Notes under the pieces: generated by a model
Seen by the model: the letters and a program-made list of their open reading frames with translations, nothing else
Told to the model about the DNA's origin: nothing
Database searches by the model: none
Program-made: the position numbers and the translations under genes
Source: Octopus sinensis
Taxonomy: Eukaryota
DNA length: 64,000 nt
Assembly: GCF_006345805.1 (NCBI RefSeq)
Contig: NC_043000.1
Coordinates: 149,234,001-149,298,000 of the forward strand
Reading direction: 5' to 3'
Part shown: positions 38,270-50,055 of the stretch, piece after piece
How positions within the stretch are numbered: the first letter of the stretch is position 1
Layout: each line of letters begins with the position of its first letter

Positions 38270-39829
38270 AGATGCTCAAAATATCTGGTGTCGGCTATAG
38301 CTTAGTCACCCGTATAGTTAACCAGGTGATACACGAGGGGGTCATACCCAATGACTGGTGTAGCAGCATAATAGTCAACTGCTACAAAGGTAAAGGCGAC
38401 GCCCTAGAGACAAATAACTACAGGGGCATCAAGCTGCTGGATCAGGTAATGAAGTTACGGAGAGGGTTATAGCCCAACTAATTAGAGAGAAAGTTAGCTT
38501 AGATGATATGCAGTTTGGGTTCGTGCCAGGGAAAGTACTACTGATGCTATATTCCTGGTAAGACAGCTGCAGGAGAAATACCTAGCCAAAGATAAGCCCT
38601 TGTACCTGGCTTTTGTTGACTTGGAGAAAGCCTTTGACAGGGTCCCCCGATCCCTTATCTGGTGGTCAATGAGGAAACTAGGGATAGATGAATGGTTGGT
38701 GAGAGCTGTGCAAGCCATGTACAGAGAGACGCTGCTAGTAAGGTGAGGGTTGGCAACGAGTACAGTGAAGAATTCCGGGTAGAGGTTGGGGTCCACCAAG
38801 GTTCAGTCCTCAGTCCCCTCCTATTTATCATAGTCCTCCAGGCAATAACGGAGGAATTCAAGACAGGTTGCTCCTCTATGCTGATGACCTTGCTCTAATT
38901 GCTGAGTCACTATCAGAACTGGAGGAGAAGTTTCAGGTGTGGAAACAAGGATTAGAATCGAAGGGCCTTAGAATCAACCTAGCCAAAACCAAAGTCCTAA
39001 TAAGTAGGAAGGTAGATCAATCACAAACGCCTTCAGGTAGATGGCCCTGCTCGATCTGTAAAAAAGTGTAGGTAGAGAAACTCTATAGATGCACCAAGTG
39101 TAAGCTATGGACACATAAGAGGTGCAGCAATGTCAAAGGAAGGCTAACTAGGAAAATAGTTTTTGTCTGTGGCAAATGCTCAGGAGCAATAAACACTGGA
39201 AATGTGCAGAGACCAACTTCTGCCACGTTCCAGGGAGACAAACTAGAAGTAGTTGATAGCTTCCGCTACCTAGGAGACCAAGTCAGTAGCGGGGTGGGTG
39301 TGCTGAAAGTGTAACTGCTAGAGTAAGAATAGCCTGGGCAAAGTTTAGAGAGCTCTTACCCCTGCTGGTGAGAAAAGGCCTCTCGCTCAGAGTAAAAGGC
39401 AGACTGTATGATGCATGTGTACGTACAGCCATGCTACATGGTAGTGAAACATGGGCCGTGACTGCTGAGGATATGCGTAAGCTCGCAAGAAATGAAGCCA
39501 GTATGCTCCGATGGATGTGTAATGTCAGTGTTCATAATCGTCAGAGTGTAAGTTCCTTGAGAGAAAAGTTGAACCTAAGAAGCGTCAGTTGTGGTGTGCA
39601 AGAGAGACGGCTGCGCTGGTATGGTCATGTGACGAGAAAGGCTGAAGATAGTTGTGTGCAAAAGTGCTACACCCTAGCAGTTGAGGGAACCTGTGGAAGA
39701 GGTAGACCCAGGAAAACCTGGGACGAGGTGGTGAAGCACGACCTTCGAACTTTAGGTCTCACTAAGGAAATGTCTAGAGACCGAGACCTATGGAAGTATG
39801 CTGTGCGTGAGAAGACTCAGCAAGACTAG
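38270..39829 (+). mobile_element. RTE-clade LINE ORF2 3' half, frameshifted
   Basis: NYRGIKLL, AFVDLEKAFDRVP, VGVHQGSVLSPLLF, LLYADDL, MLHGSETW, RLRWYGHV, GRGRPRKTW. Same family as 705-3715. Confidence 0.93.
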
Positions 39830-41752
39830 TGAGGCCATAACCCGTGGCCCCTACCTGGGACGTAGTCAGTCCACCTGTGCATACCTTCCTTTTTGTGACA
39901 CTTCTGAAGACCTGTTGAGGCAAGTGAAAATCAAATCAAAACAAATCAAAATAGATGAACATCAATGGAATTGTATCTTTGTGGTACCAGTGCCGGTGGC
40001 ACACAAGAAAACCACCCGAACGTGGCCGTAGCCAGTACCGCATCGACTGGCCTCCGTGCTGTGGGCACAACAAACACCATCCGATCGTGGCCGTTCGCCA
40101 GCCTCATCTGGCACCTGTGTCGGTGGCACATAAAAGCACCATCCGAAGACCCGGCGACGTAGTCAGTCCACCTGTGCATACATTCCTTCTTATGACACTT
40201 GTGAAGACCTCTTGAGGCAAGTGTGTGACACTTGTTGAGGCAAGTGTGTGACACTTGTGAAGACCTGTTGAGGCAGAGGCAAGTGTGTGACACTTTGTGA
40301 AGACCTGTTGAGGCAGAGGCAAGTGTGTGACACTTGTGAAGACCTGTTGAGGCAAGTGAAAATCAATCAACCAAATCAAAATAGATGAACATCAATGGAA
40401 TTTGTATCTTTGTGGTTCCAGTACCGTGGCACACAAGAAAACCATCCGAACGTGGCCGTAGCCAGTACCGCATCGACTGGCCTCTGTGATGTGGGCACAT
40501 AAAAACACCATCCGATCGTGGTGGCCCCTACCTGGGACGTAGTCAGTCCACCTGTGCATACCTTCCTTCTTGTGACACTTGTGAAGACCTGTTGACGCAA
40601 GTGAAAATCAACAAATCAACAAATCAAAAAATGAAAACAAATCAAAATAGATGAACATCAATGGAATCTGTATCTCTGTGGTACCAGTGCCGGTGGCACA
40701 CAAGAAAACCATCCGAACGTGGCTGTAGCCAGTACCGCATCGACTGGCCTCCGTGCTGTGGGCACATAACAAACGCGATCCGATCGTGGCCGTTCGCCAG
40801 CCTCATCTGGCACCTGTCCGAAGACCCGGCAAGACTAGTCAGGCCATAGCCCGTGGCCCCTTCCTGGGACGTAGTCAGTCCACCTGTGCATATCTTCCTT
40901 CTTATGACACTTGTGAAGACCTGTTGAGGCAAGTGCTAATCAAATCAAATGACACTTGTGAAGACCTGTTGAGGCAAGTGATAATAATAATAATAATAAT
41001 CATAATCATAATCATAATCATAATCAAATCAAAATAGATGAACATCAATGGAATTTGTATCTTTGTGGTACCAATGCCGGTGGCACACAAGAAAACCATC
41101 CGAACGTGGCGGTAGCCAGTACCACATCGACTGGCCTCCGTGCTGTGGGCACGTAACAAACACCATCCGATCGTGGCCGTTCGCCAGCCTCATCTGGCAC
41201 CTGTGTTGGTGGCACATAAAAACACCATCCAAAGACCCGGCAAGACTAGTCAGGCCATAACCCGTGGCCCCTACCTGGGACGTAGTCAGTCTACCTGTGC
41301 ATACCTTCCTTCTTATGACACTTGTGAAGACCGTTGAGGCAAGTATGTGACACTTGTGAAGACCTGTTGAGGCAAGTGTGTGACAGTTTTGAAGACCTGT
41401 TGAGGCAAGTGAAAATCAAACCAAATCAAAATAGATGAACATCAATGGAATTTGTATCTTTGTGGTACCAGTGCCGGTGGCACACAAGAAAACCATCCGA
41501 ACGTGGCCGTAGCCAGTACCGCATCGACTGGCCTACGTGCTGTGGGCACGTAACAAACACCATCCGATCGTGGCCGTTCGCCAGCCTCATCTGGCACTTG
41601 TGTCGGTGGCACATAAAAACACCATCCGAGCGTGGCCGTCTGCCAGCCTCGTCTGGCACCTGTGTCGGTGGCACATAAAAAAAAGACACCATCAGAGCGT
41701 GGCCGTTCGCCAGCCTAGTCTGGCACCTGTGTCGGTGGCACATAAAATCACC
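39830..41752 (+). repeat. Concatemer of RTE 3' UTR modules
   Basis: Anchor caaatcaaaatagatgaacatcaatggaa recurs at about 39942, 40372, 40639, 41024 and 41422; the array runs into the gap. Confidence 0.85.
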
Positions 41753-41852
41753 NNNNNNNNNNNNNNNNNNNNNNNNNNNNNNNNNNNNNNNNNNNNNNNN
41801 NNNNNNNNNNNNNNNNNNNNNNNNNNNNNNNNNNNNNNNNNNNNNNNNNNNN
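41753..41852. other. Assembly gap (100 N)
   Basis: Run of N. Confidence 1.
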
Positions 41853-44620
41853 ACTTTTGGTGTGCTTGCTCAGGCGGTTTGCGATCCTTGTCCGTCGTCT
41901 CATAAGAATCCCCCTTTCTCTAGGGATCCTGTTTTTGTTCTTGTGTGTGCTGGCCCTGCACATTGGGACATATTTGTCACATATGGCTTGTATTATGGAC
42001 ATGAAGTGTTTGTGTTTCATGTTTATGTCCGGTGTGGAGAGACATTCAGGCCAATCCGTTTGAGGATCTCTTTCTCAATCGACTTCCAGTTGGCTTTATG
42101 AAAGTTTAAGTTGGAGAGATGGTAGGTGCTTCGTATAGGCTGTGTGTCTGCGGGGGCTTTTGTTCCATACATAGACAGCTCTATTATGTTGTGATCCGAG
42201 ATCATTGTCGGCATCACATTAACATTATGGATAATATCCATATTGTTTGTGAAGCAGAGATCCAGTATATTATCTGCCCTTGTTGGTTGCAGAACTATTT
42301 GCTCCATGAAAGAGGTATTTGTGAGATGGAGCAGGGACTCCACCTGTGCCTGCTGATGGTGGTGTCATCCCTGGGAGCATCTGCCCCCAGGCCATTCCAC
42401 ATTGGGGAGGTTAAAGTCACCCATGAAGAATACACTGTTGTGCTGTTCAAGGTTGGTGAGGACTTCTCCTATTTTTGTTAGGCAGTCTTCAAACATGCCT
42501 GAGTGTTTTGGGGGTCTGGTGGGCGATATGTAGTGGCATATGACGATATTCAGTTGTCTTATGTGTACAATTTGAGTTTCACATACTGAGTTTGAATATG
42601 ACAGCAGGACCTGGGTGTGAGGTCATCTCGGATGTACATTGCAACTCCACCATGGCTCCTCCCTTTTCTATCTGTGCGTATGACTGCATATTGCGGCATG
42701 TGTATTTCTGCATCACCTATATCGGGTTCAAGATGCGTTTCTGTGAGTGCCATGCATATAGCTTGATTGCATGTCACAAGGTCTTCAGGAATGAAATTTT
42801 CTTTTTACAGTTTCCGCGCAGCAGCCCTCCTACATTCAGTAGAAATATTTTTGTGGTGTGTTGTGTTGGTGTTGTGTCTGTGGTGGCCATCCTGCATCTG
42901 TTGGAGGTGGCCTTATGTGGTGGTAGTTCCAGCTTTGTGCTTGTAGCCAGGTCAGCTGCTGAACAATTTTTTGTGCCATGCACAAAAAAGACTGCTGTTC
43001 AGCTGCCGCCCTTCTCACATCTGGGTGAAGCTGGCCACCTGTTGGGTTTCTGCGCACCACATCTGCATACCGTCTTTCAGTAGTGGTCAGTGCGCTTTTT
43101 TCCCTTCTTTTAACTTTTTCTTTTTGTTTTTGTTTTTGTTCTCCCTGAGGGAGGGACCTCTGTCTCGCGTCCGTGCGGTTTTGGTAGGGCCTCCGATGTG
43201 CAAAGCGACAGTTTGCACCTTCAACGCCGTACCAGCAGTCCCCCCTCAGGTAGAATTTGCAGGTGTTCTTTTCCCTGCCCTTACAGTTTTTGCTGGGGTC
43301 CCTCTGCTTTCTCTGGACAGGGCTTCCTTTAGCTTGATTCTGTCACCCTTTACCTCCTGCTTCCCATCAATTCCAGGGTGCCTTTCCTTTCTTGCGGCCA
43401 TCGCACCTCTTTGGTCTTCAGTTGTGGTGTGTGGAAGCTGGACATGTGTCATCGTTTCCTGTGTTCCAGGCTTCTCCATTTGGCTCTGGATGCTTTCTTC
43501 ATCCTTTTGGCCCTCCCTGCTGCCGTCACCTCCCAGGATGATGTCCAGGGTGTCCACATGTTGCCTGATTAGAGCGTACGAACGGATAACTTCTCTCTTT
43601 CGCTCTATCTGGGCGGTGGTTCTCGAAAAATTGTTGCTTTTCAGCGCCGCAAGCATAATGTCGTTCGGCGAGTCGTCCTCAGCGATCCTCCAAGCGCGGA
43701 CGAACAATTGCACCCTCTCGCAGACCAGTTTCTTGCCATTTTCTTCTAGTGAAATATAGGAACAGAGAGATAGAAGAAGGAGAGATATGGAGAGGGAAGA
43801 AGAGAAAGGAGAAAAAGTCAGGGGGGGATAGAGAGAGAGACGAGGGGATTGTCCTGAGAGAAGAGAGAAAGAGAGAAAATAAGAGGGAAAAAAGAGAAAG
43901 GTGAAAGAATGGCAGGTCAGCAGGGGGGTAGAGTGAGCGGGATATAGAGGTGTAGTAGAAAAGGGACAGGGTGGAAAGTGAGACAAGAGGGTGGACCCTA
44001 GGGGGGGCAGGGAGAAGAAAGGCTGAGAGATAAAATGGAGAGGAAGAGAGAGATGAAATGGAGAGGGAGAGAGAGAGAGGGCAGGATAGAGGTACCAGGG
44101 AGTGAAGTAAAGGGACAGAGAGGGTGGTGTGGAGGAAGGAGACAGAGAGAGGAAAAAAGAGACAGGGGGTGGTGAGCCTTAGAGGGAACAGGGAGAGGAA
44201 AGGTAGGAAGAAAAAAGGGGGGAAGAGGAAGAGAGGGGGTGCAACAGAGTGTATAAAGGGACAGGGAGGGTGGTGTAGAGAAAGACAGAAGGGGAAGAGG
44301 AGGAAAAGGGGTTTGACCTGTGAAGGAGCGGAGAGGAAAGAGGCAGAGAGAGGGAGGGGGAGGAGGAGAGTAACAGAGAGAGAGAGAGAAAGAGGGCGGT
44401 ATATAGATACAAGAGAGAATGAGTGAAGTTGAGGAACTGAGAGAGGGGGTGAGGTGAGAGAAAGTTGATCTGAGAGAGATGCAGAAGAGAAGAAACGATT
44501 GCAGAGGGAAGAGGAGAGGAGGGAGGAGGGGAGAGTGAGAGCGGAAATAGAGGGTCTGGTGGATGGGGGGGAGACAGTAAGGTATAAACTGTATGAGAGA
44601 GATAGAAATAGAAATGTAAG
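41853..44620 (-). mobile_element. CR1-like LINE 5' half: pyrimidine-rich 5' UTR, ORF1 remnant, APE endonuclease
   Basis: ALTETHL...IRTDRKGRSHGGVAMYIRD and QIVLQPTRADNILDLCFTN...ISDHNIIE. ORF1-like frame at about 43000-43760. Confidence 0.85.
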
Positions 44621-44744
44621 AAAGAGAGGGAGAGATTATAAAGATAGAATAGCGCGTATTTTTATATCTTTTTAATTATTATTTTCTGTTTGAAAGAACA
44701 CTAATGATAACAAATAATAAAAATGTATGAGAGAGATAGAAATA

Positions 44745-44746
44745 GA

Positions 44747-44778
<32 letters not shown>

Positions 44779-44906
44779 TTACTTATATAATATAGATATA
44801 TATATATATTATATATATATATATTAAATACATATATATATATACACATATATATATACATATACATATATATATATATAGAAATAGAAAATATATATAT
44901 ATATAA

Positions 44907-44991
<85 letters not shown>

Positions 44992-45078
44992 TATACATAT
45001 ATATATATACATATACATATATATATATAGAGAAATAGACAATATATATATATATACATCTATATATATATATATAAC

Positions 45079-45155
<77 letters not shown>

Positions 45156-45241
45156 CATATACATATATATATATATACATATATATATATACATATACAT
45201 ATATATATATATACATATATATATACATATACATATACATA

Positions 45242-45275
<34 letters not shown>

Positions 45276-45290
45276 CATATATATATATAC

Positions 45291-45337
<47 letters not shown>

Positions 45338-45364
45338 CATATATATATACATATATATATATAC

Positions 45365-45427
<63 letters not shown>

Positions 45428-45559
45428 CACATATATATATATATACAAATTTCATTATATATATTATACATATGTAATATATATATATACATATGTATAT
45501 ATATATATATACATATGTATATATATATATATACATATGTATATATATATATACATATG

Positions 45560-45591
<32 letters not shown>

Positions 45592-45630
45592 TGTTATATA
45601 TATATATATATATGTATATAATATACTATA
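44745..45630. repeat. About 0.9 kb (TA)n/(TA)nCA array
   Basis: Directly visible; interspersed gaaatag motifs suggest higher-order units. Confidence 0.95.
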
Positions 45631-45639
45631 TAACTCAGC

Positions 45640-46973
45640 TCCTACAACACTATGACTGGGTGCTGAAACGGCTGCTCAACCACTCAAATGTGGAAGTGAT
45701 ATATCTCGACTTTGCAAAGGCCTTTGATAAAGTCGATCATGGAATGATATGTCACAAACTGCGTGATCTCAACATAGTTGGAAAACTGGGAGAATTGCTT
45801 CATGACTTTCTGAAGGATAGAAGTCAGGTGGTAGTAGCCAATGGGGCCACCTCCATTAACACAAAATAGTGAGCGGTGTTCCGCAGGGCACTGTTCTGGG
45901 ACCACTACTGTTCATAATGGCCCTCTCAGACATGCTCTCAGCCACGCAGAGAGCCACGATCACAAGTTATGCAGATGATACAAAAGTTTCACAGGCAATA
46001 CAGAACCCTGAGGACACTAAACACCTGCAATGTGAGCTGGACGAAATATACAAGTGGGCTGAAAAGAATAGCATGCAGTTCAATGCTGGAAAGTTTCAAG
46101 CTTTATACTATCAGCATGCAAAACTGATTGCAATACCCCATGAATACACTGGACCCGGAGGGTTGCAATCCCAGAGGCACAATCAGTGCGTGACCTGGGT
46201 ATTCACATGAGTGATGACGCGACCTTTCATGTACATGTTGCTAAACTGACAATGAAATGTAGACGGCTGGCTGGATGGATTCTTAGAACCTTTAGAAAAA
46301 GAGAACAAGAAACCATGATGGTCCTCTGGAAGACACTTGTCCTAAGCCACTTGACTATTGCTCTCAGCTATGGTCACCATCCAGTGTCAAGCTGATCACA
46401 GAACTTGAGGCGATCCAACGAAGCTACACGAAGAAGATAGCCTCTGTGCAGCATATGAGCTACTGGGAGAGACTCAAGAGATTAAAGCTCTATTCCCTGG
46501 AGCGTATGGCGAGAAAGATATCCCATAATATACATCTGGAAGATCCTGGAAGGCCTTGTCCCAGACTTTGGCATCGAGAGTCACACAAATGCCAGAACCG
46601 GACGCCACTGTGTAGTACCAAGGACTCCAAATTTGCCATCAAGATGTAGGACAAGATATTGTGATAGCCTGGGCTTCAGAGGCCCACGGCTCTTCAATAT
46701 CCTCCCGAAGAACCTGAGGGACCTGCATGGTGTGGATGCGGATGTCTTTAAAGTAGGACTGGATCTCTTCCTGTCAGGTGTCCCGGATGAACCAACTTCA
46801 CGGCAGGAGGTGCAGATGAGAGCAGCTGCATCGAACTCTCTCATGCACCAGATGGCGTTTGCCAACAAACATCCGTGAGGTAAAACCGTGTAGCAAACCA
46901 AATGGCGGTGCCCCAGCATGGCCACAGCTCATTAGCTGAAACTGGAAAAATCAAAAATCAAAAATCAAAAATC
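45640..46973 (+). mobile_element. CR1-like LINE 3' half (RT C-terminus, 3' UTR, (AAAAATC)n tail)
   Basis: [58 protein letters not shown]. Confidence 0.92.
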
Positions 46974-47469
46974 ATATATATATATATACATACACATTGT
47001 ACGTATGACTACCTATACACACATACAAACACATGCACTCATACAAGATAAAACAATCGAAGCAGACCGGTGGTTGCCTACTTTTACAGGACTTGTATTA
47101 CTTGGAAAACCTGACAGAAAGAGTAAAGTGAAAATTTTGTGCAGAGTAGAGCATCTGATGCTTCTTTAAGGTTGGGAGGAGGAAAAACAGTTTTATATCC
47201 TCCATGACTGAGCTGCTAACTACATTAAACAAGGAGTAGTAGGAGATAAAAACTGGATGAGGAGAAGGAAAGAAATGAAGAGGTGGTGATAGGAAATGAA
47301 GGAGTAAAAAGTAAATTTAAACCAGTCGGTGCAATGGCCTTCCATTTCCGCGAGTGTGTGGGATTTCACATATATAAGTGGGTGATAAAGTGGTCTGTTG
47401 TGTTGAAGCAGGTGGCAATGAGTTGGTTGAAATACGTAGTAGTATACTTCGAATTGCAAAAGCCTAACG

Positions 47470-48240
47470 AGGAAACTATATCCACAAAAACTCTAACTCT
47501 TATCCCCACTGTAATTAGAAAGCTAGTTTCTGGCATTAGCAGAAGAATCTCAGCTTTCAACCGATCTCGCGATTTTCTACAGGACCGCCTCATTACAACG
47601 AGGCTTTAGCGAGAAGAGGATTCATCGAGAAGTTAACGTATGTGGGCAACTCTGCACCCGGAGAGAACCAGAAAAATACTCTATTTAACCTAGAAGTTTC
47701 AATCAACGTAACTAAGAGCTCCCTGTCATTGATCAAGAAGCATTTCATTGGAGGTCACAAGTACTACAAGCTTTTCAGTCCGCACAACGTCAAGGTTAGC
47801 TACTGATTCGATAACAATTTCAAACATTGCACTCTATAACACGCAAACACAGCCTCCAATCTCCACCCTGTAACTTCCGAAACTCTACCAATTGCCCACT
47901 GGAGGGATTCTACCTAAAGGGCTGTGGTTTACAGAGCCATCATCACCACACCGTCTGAGTATGACACTATATGGGCATGACGGCTATTAACTCCAAGGGA
48001 AGGTATGCATAGCATATGCATTCCTCCAGATGTAGGGATAGGGAAAACTCCACCTTGTTCCACTTTATCTGGAGAGTATACGACCACAGGAATGACTTCC
48101 CAAAAATTGACCTTACTTGTTACTGTCACTGCAAAAGATAACATATTCTCCAGCAATATGCAGTATTCATAAACAAGAAAAAGAACTGTCTTATTGCCAC
48201 CAGATATACGTCCTCCCAAAGATCTTCGAACCACTGGCTG
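47470..48240 (+). mobile_element. Degenerate Penelope-like element (RT thumb to GIY-YIG)
   Basis: Frameshifted YIHKNSN, HYNEALARRGF, HKYYKLFS..NVKVSY, NCPLEG, VVYRA motifs. Confidence 0.68.
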
Positions 48241-48954
48241 CTTTCAACTCATAGATACCACCTTAGGTCTGGCTGCCCCACAAGCAAGGGAGGGTATTTA
48301 ACCTCCACTGCCTACACGGACTTCTCTCATGATCGACTTGCTATATGTGTGTGTGCACATAATATATATACTCACCTTTCTTTCTTCACCTAACACCGCC
48401 AAATTTTAAGCCAACATCGAATCTATTTACTCCCTTATTGACGCTGTTGCTACCGCGTGGTACCCAACACATAAGTCAACACACACACACACCAGTCCCA
48501 TATAAACATACAGATACAGAGACACACATTCACGCATACCACACATACGCACACTCACACATGCATTCCAGACACGTAATCATACATACATGCAGCGTAT
48601 TCCAATGCACACGTATACGTGCACAGATGCATACACAAACCAGCACGTTCAGACAAGCGCACACGTATCCATGCACAGATGATGCGCATACAAACATACA
48701 CATCTGACACACCCATGCACCAACGAGCTATCGCCGCCATCTCACATGCATACGCACACAGTAGACATGCATATGCACACCCAAGCACTTATGCAGCAGG
48801 TATCCTCCCATACCCACATCGGCAGCTGGTGTCTGTAAAGATTCTCACCCATATTACTTAGATAGCGTGGCGCCACCAACAACGCGGTCCAAGGAATACA
48901 AACTTCTATGTGATATCGCTGTTATTTCAAAACTAGGCTGTGTAGTAAGTAGCT

Positions 48955-49315
48955 AGGCGCAGGAGTGGCTGTATGGTAAATAGCTTGCTTACCAACCACA
49001 TGGTTCCGGGTTCAGTCTCACTGCGTGGCAACTTGGGCAAGTGTCTTCTACTATAGCCTCGGGTCGACCAAAGCCTTGTGAGTGGATTTGGTAGACGGAA
49101 ACTGAAAGAAGCCCGTCGTATATATGTATCTGTGTTTGTCCCCCAACATCGCTTGACATCCGATGTTGGTGAATTTACGTCCCCGTAACTTAGCGGTTCG
49201 GCAAAAGAGACCGATAGAATAAGTATTAGGATAAAGAATAAGTTGTGGGGTCGATTTGCTCGACCAAAGGCAGTGCTCCAGTATGGCCGCAGTCAAATGA
49301 CTGAAACAAAAGAGT
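48955..49315 (+). mobile_element. SINE family A
   Basis: Near full-length copy. Confidence 0.87.
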
Positions 49316-49489
49316 AACACCATGCGACCCGTCTTGACCAAAGCAGCCAAATATTCAGTAGCCATCTTGAATTTCCCCTGTTACTTCATTCGTTCATCTA
49401 AGTCTGACAAGCCTACTAAACTTCAAATTGTATTGAGCCGAATCAGACTATTATTAAGAAATAATAACAAGGTAAGTCAAAAATTATGC

Positions 49490-50055
49490 GCACTCTCATT
49501 TCTGTAATTTATTATAACTTGCTCAGGTTGTGGACGTAACTATATAGGACAAACAAGTATGACACTGAGACGGAGAACCACACTACATAAGGCACAGATC
49601 CAGTTCCCGCAATACAGACAGATTCCTGTGAGTGGGCACATGAAGAGATGTGCAGGTAGTATCCAACCAAACTTCACAGTTTTCCCCATCTACCTGTGCA
49701 AAGAGACAATATCTATACAAGAACGTTTAAATAAAGAAAATTTGTTCATCGAAAAATACAGAACACGTCTACAAACATAAACATATTTAACTCGGACGTA
49801 ACTATATAGGACAAACAAGTATGACACTGAGACGGAGAACCACACTACATAAGGCACAGATCCAGTTCCCGCAATACAGACAGATTCCTGGGAGTGGGCA
49901 CATGAAGAGATGTGCAGGTAGTATCCAACCAAACTTCACAGTTTTCCCCACCTACCAGTGCAAAGAGACAATATCTATACAAGAACGTTTAAATAAAGAA
50001 AATTTGTTCATCGAAAAATACAGAACCCGTCTACAAACATAAACATATTTAACTC
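49490..50055 (+). mobile_element. Penelope GIY-YIG fragment with a 262-bp tandem duplication
   Basis: TCSGCGRNYIGQTSMTLRRRTTLH...KENLFIEKY. Copies at 49532-49793 and 49794-50055. Confidence 0.85.

Noticed and set aside
40190-40345. Regularly repeated ~30-bp units resembling a CRISPR array
   Set aside because: No unique spacers, no cas genes, eukaryotic context; these are RTE UTR subrepeats.
42971-43759. 262-aa plus-strand ORF
   Set aside because: Antisense to the CR1-like ORF1 remnant; no recognisable domain.
44679-45536. Long ORFs of 100-222 aa rich in Y/I/M/C (also 23472-23959 and 9679-10048)
   Set aside because: Translations of (TA)n/(TG)n microsatellites.
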